From NCBI GenBank assembly GCA_965112735.1, contig OZ218964.1, positions 1,736,001 to 1,800,000 of the forward strand: a stretch of DNA of 64,000 bases, read 5' to 3'. Every line of letters starts with the position of its first letter. Within the stretch, counting starts at the first letter, position 1. This document shows positions 37,201 through 48,772 of this stretch, piece after piece. The notes below the pieces were generated by a model, which saw only the letters and a list, made by a program, of their open reading frames with translations, did not search any database and was not told the origin of the DNA. The translations under genes were made by a program, and so were the position numbers. Source of the DNA: Phaeosaccion multiseriatum. Taxonomy: Eukaryota > Protista > Ochrophyta, other classes.

Positions 37201-40200
37201 CGGAGCTTGCACTGAGGATTTTTCGTAAGTGACCGCCCACTCTCCTTCTCTTCTCTCCCCCACACTGCCCGTATCGAAACGAAAACACTCCTTCCCCATC
37301 CCCAGAGCGAAGCAAGCGGCCGAGAAGCTCCGCGAAATGGAGAGCCTCCGTCTGCAGTACGAGAGAGAGGCAGAGCAGCAGAGGCTCCTCTTGGACCAGC
37401 ATCACAGGGAGGCCGAGGAGAGGGCGCTGGCCACGCAGAAGCAGCACGCAGAGAACGCAGAGAGGGAGAGACAAGACAAGGAGAGAAAGATGCAGGTGGG
37501 TGGGGGGGGGAGGTGGACTCGCGGATTGACCTTGACTCGCATCGAGCGCTCATAGACCTCACACGCATGCACGCGCGCGCACACACACCCTCACACAGTT
37601 GTGCACCCACACACCCACACACGAACCAATGCTCTTTACTTCTCCTCCTTCTCGCAAATATACGTAAAACCACATCACACCACACCACACCACACCACAC
37701 CGCAGGAGTACATCAGTAAACTCGAGCAGGAGAAGCACCAAGCAGAGATGCAGCGCAGAGCCCGAGTGGCGGAAATGGAGCAGGAGATGGCACGGCTCGA
37801 GCAGGAGAAGCAGAGCGTGTCAGCAGCGGTGCAGGAGGAGACAGCGACGCGTATGAAGGGTCTTCATGCAGAGGTGGAGCGCGAGCGGAGTGTGATGATG
37901 GCGGATCTGAAGAAGGCAGAGGAGGAGGCCCAAGAAGCGAGGAGCAGAATGGAGGAGCAGGCACGGCAGGAGGCAGCGGAGACGGCGGCCCGTATGAAGG
38001 TGGGCAGGGGGGGGGGGTCATGGTGTATGTATGTGTGTATAGAGAGCAGTGAGGTAGGCAGGCAGGCAGGCAGGCTGGCAGTCAGGCAGGCAGGTAGGCA
38101 GAGGAGAGAGCGTTTGGTACTTCGCCGTCCCTCCTTCCCTCTCTCGCTCTCACTCCCTCGCCCCCCACGCTGGAAGGCGCCTACACGAGCGCGCGCACGA
38201 TCTTGCTTCTTTTTCGCCGCGCGGTCGCACTCTCATCACTCATTCCTCTTATCACACACTGTGGTCACACTGCGGTCACATGTTCATCACTCTTATCACA
38301 CTGCGGTCACACCCTCATCACTCTCAATACTCACATTGCTCTCATTAGGCGAATATGGAGGCCGACCTCGCTGCGTTACAGAAGGAGGCGGAGGAGCGCA
38401 AGGAGGAGATGGAGAGGGAGGAGAAGCAGGCCCGAGAGGCAAGGGAGAGGGCCTTGTCAGAGGTGGAGCGGGTCAAGAAGGAGTCCGAGGAGGCGAAGGA
38501 GAAGGTGCAGAAGGAGGTGGAGCAGGCCAGAGAGGCGGCGGAGGAGGCTAAGAGGGAGCTCGAGGAGCGGCTGATCCTGCAGGAGAAGGCGCTGGAAGAG
38601 AGGCACAAGAAGAGCCAGCACCTCCTCCCCCCTGGGGCCGACGGAGGAGGAGGAGGAGGGGGAGGGTTGAGTGCGGAGGCGGAGAAGGCTTACGAAGAGG
38701 AGCTGCGCAAGCACGAGGAGGAGCTTGCGAAGCGTAAGGCGGAACTTGCAAAGCACAAGGAGGAGGGGGAAAAGCACGTACAGGAGCTGGCGCAGCGCAG
38801 GCAGCAGGCCGAGGAGATCAAGGCCGAGCTCAAGAGGGAGATAGAGGAGGCCGCACAGGCCAACCAGGTACATACGCATGTTCCACATACACTCTCACGT
38901 TCTTGTTCCCCTTGTGGAGACTGACCGACTGACTGACTGACTGACTAGCTCGCTGACTGATTCACTGAGTCACCGAGTCACTGACGCACTTACTCACTTA
39001 CCGTGTTGTCGTCCCTCACGCACCAGGCGGAAATCGAAAAGATGCGCAGGGAGCAGGCGGAGGTGCAGAAGCAACGAGACGAAATGGCGCAGCAGCTCGC
39101 CCAGGTGTCAGAGGCGGCAGGTGAGGGGAGAGAGACTAGAGAGAGAGATAGAGAGAGAGATACTGAGAGAGAGAGAGAGAAAGAGAGTCGGTGGGTCGGT
39201 CAGTCGGTGGGTCGGGGGTGTCAGGACAAGAGCACCGAATCACAGCGCACGAGGCTTTCTTTGGTGCTCTTTGAAGGCTCTCGCTCACTCTCACGCCAAT
39301 ACCCTTTTGGCGTCCTCTACTTTCTCCCTCACTACGAGGCAAATATGATACACTCTCTGAACAATGTATCCCTGCCCCTGCCCCGTCTCTCTCTCTTTCC
39401 TTCTCTCTCTCTCTCATTCTTCCTCTCTCTCCCCATCTCTCTCTCTCCCCCCCCCCCCTCTCTTTCTCACCAGAGCCGCAACACGCTGAGATGGACGCCC
39501 GTCTTGCGCAGCAGCAGGAGGAGCTCACCGCGCAAAAGGAGAAGTTCGAGAAGGAGTCACAGTTGGCAAGGGCGGCGCTGGAGGAGGACATGGCCAAGGC
39601 AGAGAGCGACGCACGGGAGGCCCGGGATAAGATAAGGCAGGAGCTGGAGGAGCAGAAGCAAGAGCTCGACCGGGTAAGGAGGAACGGAGGGGGGTGGAGA
39701 GGGAGGGTAGGGAGGGAGGAAGGGAGGGAGGGAGGGAGAGGCAGAGAAGTGGAAGGAGGATAGGGCCGGGGCTAGGGGAAGTTTGCATGGACACGCCTTC
39801 GATCGTGTGTGGTGGGAGTGGGGCAGAGAAACGGAACGGGGCGGGGCGGCGAGGACATCAAAAGGGGTCGTCCGTTATACGTCCAAAGATCCTACTCGAC
39901 TTGTTCCCGGTATTCATCTCGGTGTCTGCGTGCGTGTGTGCGTGCGTGTGTTTGTGCGTGTGTGCGTACGTGTGTTCATGTGTGCATGCGTATGCGTGTG
40001 TGCGTGTGTGGGTGTGTGTGCGTGATGATGACGATGATGACGATAGGTGCGGAAGGAGCAGGAGGACATTGCGAGCCTCAAGGCCGAGCACGAAGAGGCC
40101 ATGGCCCAGACCGAGCTCGACAAGCTGGAGCAAGAGGCACTGCTGTTAGGACTGACCGGAGATATTAAGAAGATCCGGGAGGAGCGGGATAGAGAGGAAG

Positions 40201-43200
40201 AGGAGGCAAAGAAGGCGGGCAGAGGAGGAGGAGAAGGGGGGGCCGACAAGGAGAAGGACGAGACTAGAGTGGACTTTCTGCAGCTAGAGGGGGAGAAGGC
40301 CGCGAGGATGATGGCGGAGGCAGAGGCAAAGGAGGCCCAGCGCCAGGCGGAGGAGGCACAGAAAGAGACGGAAATGGCACAGAAGGAGGCGGAGGCGGTG
40401 CGGCAGGAGCTGCAGAAGCTTTTGAAGGAACAAAAGAGTCAAAAGGAACTGCTTAGTGCGGTGGATGCGGCTGCTTCCCGGAGTGTGGAGGAGGAGGAGG
40501 CGAAGGAGAAGGAGACGCAAATGGAGATTCAAATGCTGAAGGCGCAGGTGGGGACGGAAGAGGAGAAGGCGAAGAGGATTGAGGCGGAGAGAGAGGCGCA
40601 CGAAGCGAGGGAGGAGCTGCAGCGACTGAAGCTGCTCAAGGCTGTCCTGGCGGCCCAAAACGATAATGACCTGACGCAGTTACAGGAGCTGATGGATCGA
40701 GATCCGGGCCTTGCCAACGACCCGGAGCTGGCAAAGATCCTCCGAGGAGAAGATCAGAAGAGCAAGAGCGGGGCCGGGGTCGGAGGGCCGGGCGCGTATG
40801 GTCGGCAAGAGAGCGAGGCGGTCGACTATCGTGGCAAGTACCTGGGAAATATGAAGAACAAAGCCGTTGGGCAGCTGCCGGCCAAGCCGAGGGGGGATGG
40901 AGGGGACAAGGACGAGGATGGCTCCTCGGCAGGAGGAGAGAGTGGACGCGGTGGCAGCCATGGCAATCGCAATGATGATGATGAGGGCGATGGGGAGGGC
41001 GAGGGTGACGGTGAGACCGATGTGATGGTCGAGCTGCCGGGTACCGCCGAGATTTCTCGGGCACTACAGGCCAACGAGGAGATATCCATGGACGACTTGC
41101 TGGACGTGTTGCTCTTCAAGAGACTGAACCAGGCCAAGGAGGACGAGCGAGCGGCGGTGCTGAAGGCGCAGGAGGAGAGGGCTGCTTGGAACCCCACGGC
41201 CAACGTGCCAGACCCAGAGGAGGCAGAGAGGAAGCTTGACGAGGAGAAGCTCGCTAAGGTACATGCCGAGGCCGAGGCGGCGGGGAAGGGGGCGATGGCG
41301 GCAGCAGCGGCGGCAGCGGTGAGTGGCACCAAGCAAGGGAAGTTGGAGGCTAAAGCTGCGGCCAAGGCGGCGAAGGCAGCGAAGAAGAAGGAGGCAGCCG
41401 CGGATAAGAAGCAAGCCGCACTGGATGCAAAGGCGGAGAAGAAGAAGACCAAGAAGGCCAAGGCCAAGGGCAAGGGCAAGCGCAAGGGAAACAAGGTGGT
41501 GCCAGGGGACGAGGGCGGCCCTGAATCACCGACTGGCTCTGCTGCTATTAGGGCTGCCGCCGGAGCCGCCGGAGCCGCCGCCACCGCCGCCCAGGCTCCA
41601 GGTCCGAAGCCTCCAGGCAGCCCGTCTGCCGCAGAAAAGGCTGCTACGGCAGCTGCAGCAAACAAGGATCTGGATGCCTTCACCAGCACCACCAATATGG
41701 GAAAGAAGGCCAAGCCCCTGCCGGACGGGCCCATGGCGGCGTCCGCTCTCTCCCAAACCACACTGGAGCTCACTTCCACCAAGAGGGCCCCTGCCGCCAA
41801 CTTGGTGGGCAAGTTGGGCTTCCTGCTACCCACTTCCAAGTCGCTGAAGCGGCGGCGCTCCTTCCCCATTGTCGGGTGTGAGGTGGGACGTTTCCCTCCC
41901 GGAGAAGGAGAGGGAGGAGGAGGTGAAGGAGGAGGAGGAGGAGGAGGAGGAGGAGGAGGAGGAGGCGAAGACCAGGTAGAGGCACTACTCATGGGAGGTG
42001 CCGGCGTGTTCCAGACCGAGGTGGTGCCGTGGCGAGGCTCGGCGGTGCCCACACCCATAGGCCGCTCCCTGCTGGGGCTGGGGGGTGGAAGGGCAAGACG
42101 TCCTTCCATGACGCCGGCGCAGGTGGTGCAGCAGCCCTTCGGAAACACGGCGGGGGTGTCCTTCGCACTTCCTGGGGGGGACGGTGACAACAAGGACAAG
42201 AACGCGGCGCTAGGAGGAGGGGCAGGGAACGTTCCGCGACCTCGTCCTCGGCAGCGGCGGGACAGTCTTCTACCCACGGACTCTCTTATCAAGCAGCCCA
42301 AGTTCTGCAGAGATGCTTTCTGCGACCCCGACGCTGCGAGTCGAGTTGTGTTGTCAACCAAGGCCATGCGAGCGCGTCTAGCCGCGTTGGAGAAGCAGGG
42401 CGGGGGGGGAGGAGGCGAAGGAGGGAAGGGAAGTGGGCGTGGGAATGCAGCGGTGCAGAAAGCATTGGCACAGCAGCGCATGCTCTGTAAGCCGATGGAG
42501 GAAGTGGAGCGGTTGGTGAAAGAGGCCATTGACAAGCAAGAAGCGGGGTGGGCGGAGAAAGACAAAGCAGAGGCCAAGAAGATGAGAGAGGCATTGGCAG
42601 TGCAGCAGGAGAAGGAGGAGGCGCGCCTCAGGGAGGAGCGTGAGAAGCGGCGTGAGGCGGCCAAGCAGTCAGCCGAGGAGAAGGCCGCGCAGGACGCACT
42701 TCGAGACAAGTTCCGCTCGGGTGTGCGGCGGCGGAGCTTCGGCACCACGCCGCCTCCGGAGGACCTACTTGCAGCCATGGAGGCGGGAGACGGAGGAGGA
42801 GGAGGAGGAGGGGGAGGGGGAGGGAAAGGGAAGGAGGAGGAGGAGGAGGAGGAGGAGGTGCTCATCAAGCGTAAGCGCACGGGCCCGGACTCTGTCAAGC
42901 TTAAGCAGATGCGCGAGGCGGAGTGGAAGCTTGGCCTCTACCCACCGGCACATGGCCTGCTGGTCAGACGCATGTCCTTTGGAGGGTTGACGAGTTCCGG
43001 AGGAGGGGTTGCGGGGGAGGGACAGCACTATCGTCAGAGGCGTCGCCAAGCCGCGCTCATATTCGACGCCCTATTGACTGGGCAGGAGGTCGGTTGGGAC
43101 GGAGCGGCCAAGAAGAAGAAGGAGGAGGCCGCGAAGAAGGGCAAGGAGGAGGGGGAGGCAGGGGATAAAGTGGGCGAGCTCAAATCCTTTGGAGGGCGAG

Positions 43201-46200
43201 AAGGGGGGAGGAGGAGGAGCTCCTTCTTTGGGGGCCCGGGGGCCTTCAAGAGGCAGCTCACGAGGGTGCTGAGTGTTGGAGGATCGACTGCCTCACTACA
43301 GAGGAAGTACGGGCCCAATGGAGAGCCCCTGGACAAAGACCGACGGCGGCCCAAGCTCAAGCGCGGGGTGAGTGAGCTCTTGGCCGAGGTGGTGTTGGGG
43401 AAAGCCTCCAAAGCCACCAAGACGCGAAGGGCGAGCCAAGACCACAAGCCAGGGGGGGGGGAGGACAACTCTCAATTCGCTACGCAGGACGTGTGTGACT
43501 ACGAAACCTTTTTCCATAACAAGCGAAGGCACATCTTCGAGCCACAGGAGATGGAGATTTACGCGTCGGGGTGGTGGATTCGCTTCTGTGCCGTCGCCAA
43601 CCTCATCTGCGCGTACTTCTACTTCTACTGGCGGTGGACCGAGTAAGTCAGTAGTCGGGAGGGTGGCGGAGTGTGGAGGGAGAGAGAGAAGGTTAGAGGA
43701 CAGAGTAGAGAGAGAGTAGAAGAGAAAGATGGAGAGAGTAGTGCATTCCAGCGGTTACCTTCTGTCCATCCGTCCATCCGTCCATCAGCTCATCTGTCCA
43801 TCATACCAGCCCCTTCGTCTGCCTCCACAGTCCCTTGTCTTCTCACCACCACCACCTCCTCCTCCTCCTCCTCCTCCTCCTCCTCCTCCTCCTCCTCCTC
43901 CTCCTCCTCCTCCTCCTCCTCCTCCTCCTCCTCCTCCTCCTCCTCCTCCTCGTCCTCCTCCTCCTCCTCCTCCTCCTCCTCCTCCTCCTCCTCCTCCTCC
44001 TCCTCCTCCTCCTCCTCCTCCTCCTCCTCCTCCTCCTCCTCCTCCTCCTCCTCCTCCTCCTCCTCCTCCTCAACAGGAGTATGATCGATGCTGCCCTGCC
44101 CAACTGGGCGTACACCTTCTTTGTGGCCGAGGCCATCATGGTGTTTGGCTTGCAAATGGGGCACTTGGGCAGGAGCTTCCCCGTGCACCGGCCAGAAGTC
44201 TTTATGGACGATCTCATTGACTTAGACCCCAACATGTCCAAGCTAAGGGTAAGATTGGTACCTACTTGTCCTTTTTCGGGTTCCCCTTCGTGTCCTATTT
44301 GGGGTACCTGCTTGTCCTGTTTGGGGTACCCACTTGTGCTTGTGGAAACTTACCTGTTCTTGGGGGTTCCTGTATGTATGTGTGTATAGTGTGAGTGGTG
44401 AGTGTGTTTGTGTATTTAGTTGCTTGGCGCGCGCGCAATTTTTATTTCCTTTGGTATCTATTGAGAAGAGAGACCTCAACACCTTCTCTCCCCTCCTCCC
44501 GCCTGCTTTGTGAAGGTGTGCGTGCTCATCCCCACCGCGGGCGAGAAGCTTTGGGTGCTGCTCCAGGCCATGTTCGGTGTGTATAACCAACGCCTGTGGC
44601 GAAGTGACTTGCCCCGGAAGGACCTGCTCCGAGTGGTGGTGCTGGATGAAAAGAGGAGACCTCAGGTGGTGCAGCTGGTGAGTGACGGGGGGAGTGAGTG
44701 AGGGGGCGAGGGAGGGAGGGAGGGAGGAAGGCAGAGTGAGTGTGTGAGTAAGTGAGTGAGTGTGAGGGTGTGAGGGTGGGAGAGACGGAGTAAGTGAATG
44801 AGTGCGTGCGTGCGTGCGTGCGTGAGTGGGTGGGAGAGACGGAGTAAGTGAATGAGTGCGTGCGTGCGTGAGTGCGTGCGTGCGTGCGTGAGTGAGTGAG
44901 TGAGTCGTTAGTGAGGGAGAGAGTGAGTGAGTGAGTGAGTGATTGAGTGTCCCACCCCCCGCCACCTCACCCACCCCATTTCCGCCCCACAGGTGAGCCT
45001 GGTGTACACCCTGTCGGAGATCTGCTTAGAGAAGACCGTCCGCACCGTGCTGAAGGACGAGGGCGTGTCTCCCCTGACGGCCAGAGGGTTTTACGACTTT
45101 TACGCCAACCAAAACCATCGCGGAAACCTCAAGGAGGCGAGCCGCATGAGCTGCGTGCGCTTCATTCGAGGGGTGGAGGTGGTCAATGAGATTGACTCTC
45201 TCCTCGCCACCAACGATGACGCCGCCAATCGCTTCTCCACCAGCGCAGCGGTGGGTATCTTGCTGGTCTCGTCATTTTCTCTCCCTTGTCTCTTTTCTCC
45301 TTCTCTCTCCTCCTCTCTCGGGCCTTCGGGCACGCTCTCGCTCTTGCCTTCCACCCTTCGCCCTCCGCCCTCCGCCTTCCGCCCTCCTTCCTTCGCCCTT
45401 CGCCCTTCGCCATTGATCCATGCTTTGATCCCCTCCCCCTGCTGCTAAGCTGCCCCCCCTCCTGCCAACTGTACCACCAACTGCTACACCAGGTGGACGA
45501 GGTGCACAGGAAGGCCCGGCGCGCATCCTGCTTCAACGCGGGTAAGGCCGTGGCCGTGGAGCCTGGCGTAGAGCGACGTTGGGCCCGGCGCAGCCAGCTA
45601 CCCACACTCATCTACTACAGCCGCGTCAATGCAGGAGAGCCGCGTATCTCTCCCAAGGCAGGCAACATGAATGCTGCTCTCTTTATCCAGAGCAAGCTGG
45701 CCCCGGAGCCCCTTGTGGGCAGCGCAGCCTTGGTGGTGGTCAATGACGCCCGGCACGAGCTGTATCCGGACTTTGTGCAGCGTACGGCCCCGTACTTCTT
45801 CACGTGGAACGACATGCGCAAGGAGTACAAGTGAGTGAGGCTTGGTTCGGGTAGGGGGGGGGGGGTTGTCGTTGGCTTTGAGAGAAGGGTTTAGGAGGCT
45901 TTCTATTGCATGGGAGAGAGGGAGAGAGGGAGAGAGGGAGAGAGATTGAGCGCCTGCTTCCCCTCTCTCCTCTCCTTCCCTCTCCTCGCCCCCACCCCCC
46001 GTCCCTCCCCTCCTAGCTTCGGCCCTGTCCTGACACCCCTCTTCCCAACCCCCCCCCTCCTCGATCCCCCCAGGTGGGCTGATGTGGCCTTTGTGCAAGT
46101 GCCTCAGCGCTTCTTCGACGTGCGTACGTGGAACGATCCCGACCCCCTCGGGAACCAAGGCGTCACGCAATTCGACCTCGTCAACTGCGGCAGGGACGGG

Positions 46201-47052
46201 GCGGGAGGGGTCATGAGCTGCGGGCAGGGCAGCGTGTGGCGCACACAGGTACTTCGAGATGGTATCCGCCCCGATGGGACCAAGTTCCTGCCCAAGGGCA
46301 AGCCCCAGGAGGCCATGATAGGCTTCGACCTCGGCTTCCGCTCACAGGTATGTTGGTCTGGATTGGGTGTGGTTCAGTTGGCTGTGGTTGGGTTGGGTTG
46401 GGCTGGATCGGGTTGGATTGGGCTGGGTTGGGGTGTTCGGGGGTGGAGGGTTGCTTGGGTGCTTGCCCTCGTGTGCGTGTGCATACGTGTGCATACGTGT
46501 GCATACGTGTGCTTACGTGTGTGCGCAGCGTGTGGGCGTGCTTGTGCGGAAGCGAGTTTGCGTGTGTGTAGGAGGATGTCTATGGGGGGGCTCCCCTCCT
46601 CTTCTGACGCTTCCACTCACTCTCCTCTTTTTCTAACGCTTCTTCTTCCCTTTCCGCTTCCGTTTGCGTTGATTGGCATTTGCCACGGCCCTTCGTTGTC
46701 TTTCCCTTCCGTCCATCCCTCCCCCCCCCCAAAACCCCCTACCCTTCCCATCATTCCCATCCCTCCTCTCCTCCGTCCGATCCCTTCCCCCCACCCGAAG
46801 GTGCTGATCGAAGACACACATACGAGCATTGAGCTGTTCCAACACGGCTGGAGGAGCGTGTACATCAACCACCCCGGGGAGTGGCTTGCCTCCTGCACCA
46901 TGCCGCCGGATAACATCAAGTGGCGGGTCAAGCAGGTGAGCAACTTGCATATGCATATATACACGCTACTCTACTCCTTCCTCCACTACTCTGGATGGGG
47001 GGGATGTAGTATGTGAGGGTCTCGATCGTCGACTCTATCACTCGCGCACGTA

Positions 47053-47119
<67 letters not shown>

Positions 47120-48280
47120 CGGACGCACGCACGCACGCACGGACGCACGGACGGACGCACGGACGCACGGACGCACGCACGATCCCATCTCCCTCGTCCT
47201 CACTCGCCCTCTCGCCATTGTTGTGTGTATGCACATGCCACACTCGACCTCCCCTCCTCTCCTCCCTCTCTCGCTACCTACCAGGTGCTCCGCTGGCACC
47301 AGGGTGCCGTACAGCTTGCTGTCTTCAACGGATGGCCCTGGATCTTCCGCGGCGAGCACTACGCCAGCATGTGGCAGCGCTGGTTCGCCCTCGACGCCGT
47401 CTCCTACTTCCTCCAGGCCTTTGCTGGCATGGTGCTCCTGCTCTTTCCTGTGGTGTATGGCTTCACCCAGGCCTCTCCCTTCAACGCGGTGAGCATGAGC
47501 TTTGCTGTGTACTTTCTCCCCTTCATCATCACGGCCACGCTGCCCACGGTGGCCGCTCTGGGGTGGAGGGGCACCTCTTCGATGAAGGTGATGAGGGATG
47601 AGCAGATTTGGTTCTGCACCTCGTACGTGCAGGTGTACGGCGTCTTCAACGTTGTATGGACCAAGGTGAGAAGAGGAGTAGGAAAGGGCGCTGATGGGGG
47701 GGGGACGGTTCGAGGGTGTGTGGGGGTTATTCTTGGGGGGAGGGGGCTGGGGGGGGCGCAGCTCCAAGTCTCCAGGGAGGGACGCGCAAGAGGCAGAAAG
47801 TACAGAGACAAAGCGAAGCCCATCATTGGATCCATTTGACTCGCACGAAAGACTCGCTAAGCTTCTCTCCTCCCGCTCCTGCTACTCTTTCCAACCCTTT
47901 CTTGCCTTCGCTTTGCTTTGCTTCGCTCTCGTGCTCGTGTGCTTACGCAGCTGATGGGCAAGGATCCGTCGGACGCGTGGAGAGCGAGCTGCCCTGTGTG
48001 GCCCATGTACGGTCTCTTCTTCGCCATCATCGCAGGCTTCTTCATGAACTTCTACTTCTTCGTGCAGCGCGAGTTCGAGCTGCCCTGGACCTGGGTGTCG
48101 TGCTCGGGCGCGTGCTGCTTTGCCATGCACTCGCTGTGGCCCATGGTGTCCTTCGGGTTGGGCGTCACCACGCCCCCAATGTACTACCTTCGTATCTTCG
48201 GGCTCCTCACCATCATGCTTCTGGTGGGCTTTTGGATGGCCACCGCGGATGCAACTACCGTGTCTGCACCGAGCTCCTAA
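34250..48280 (+). CDS. Giant cellulose-synthase-like processive GT2 glycosyltransferase (~2,876 aa) with ~2,150-aa N-terminal coiled-coil/disordered extension
   Basis: 18 GT-AG exons, all phase-compatible, total 8,631 nt: 34250-35250, 35469-35715, 36140-36502, 36925-37001, 37306-37495, 37706-37999, 38349-38867, 39027-39120, 39474-39673, 40047-43642, 44077-44248, 44516-44677, 44993-45250, 45493-45830, 46074-46347, 46801-46935, 47285-47665, 47951-48280. Two N-terminal TMs (YFYFYWRW), IPTAGE, VLDE, PKAGNMN, NDARH, FVQVPQRF, SCGQGS, IEDTHTS, QVLRWHQG, then several C-terminal TMs. Confidence 0.85.
43855..44071. repeat. (CCT)n microsatellite, ~72 units, forming the polypyrimidine tract of GT2 intron 10
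   Basis: Direct reading; abuts acceptor CAACAG at 44076. Confidence 0.95.
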
Positions 48281-48406
48281 ACTACCTAGTTAGGTAGCGA
48301 CGTAAATAGTCATTCTGACTGACCGTACAGATAGAAGTTAGATTGGGTGTGCGTGTGTGAGGAGAGGGTGATGCTGGCTGATGGCAGCCGTGCAAGTCGA
48401 TGAATA

Positions 48407-48630
48407 AGGAGGAGGAGGAGGAGGAGGAGGAGGAGCAGGAGGAGGAGGAGGAGGAGGAGGAGGAGGAGGAGGAGGAGGAGGAGGAGGAGGAGGAGGAGGA
48501 GGAGGAGGAGGAGGAGGAGAGGAGGAGGAGGAGGAGGAGGAGGAGGAGGAGGAGGAGGAGGAGGAGGAGGAGGAGGAGGAGGAGGAGGAGGAGGAGGAGG
48601 AGGAGGAGGAGGAAGAGGAGGAGGAGAAGG
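48407..48630. repeat. (GGA)n microsatellite between GT2 3' end and retroelement relic
   Basis: Direct reading. Confidence 0.95.
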
Positions 48631-48772
48631 AGGAAGGAGAGTTTGATGATCACGACGGATACCCACCTTCGCGCCGTCGTAGTATCACAGTAGGATGGGC
48701 ATCAGTAAAGTCAAGGTTCCTAAATAAATGGAGGACTTCGACACACAACACTGGACTTTCGACACATAACAC

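Noticed and set aside
40826-42898. 690-aa minus-strand ORF
   Set aside because: Antisense shadow of GT2 exon 10.
43671-44389. Poly-S/P/L/E/R ORFs (also 48282-48693, 51842-52960, 4430-5106)
   Set aside because: Stop-free translations of microsatellites in introns or intergenic DNA.
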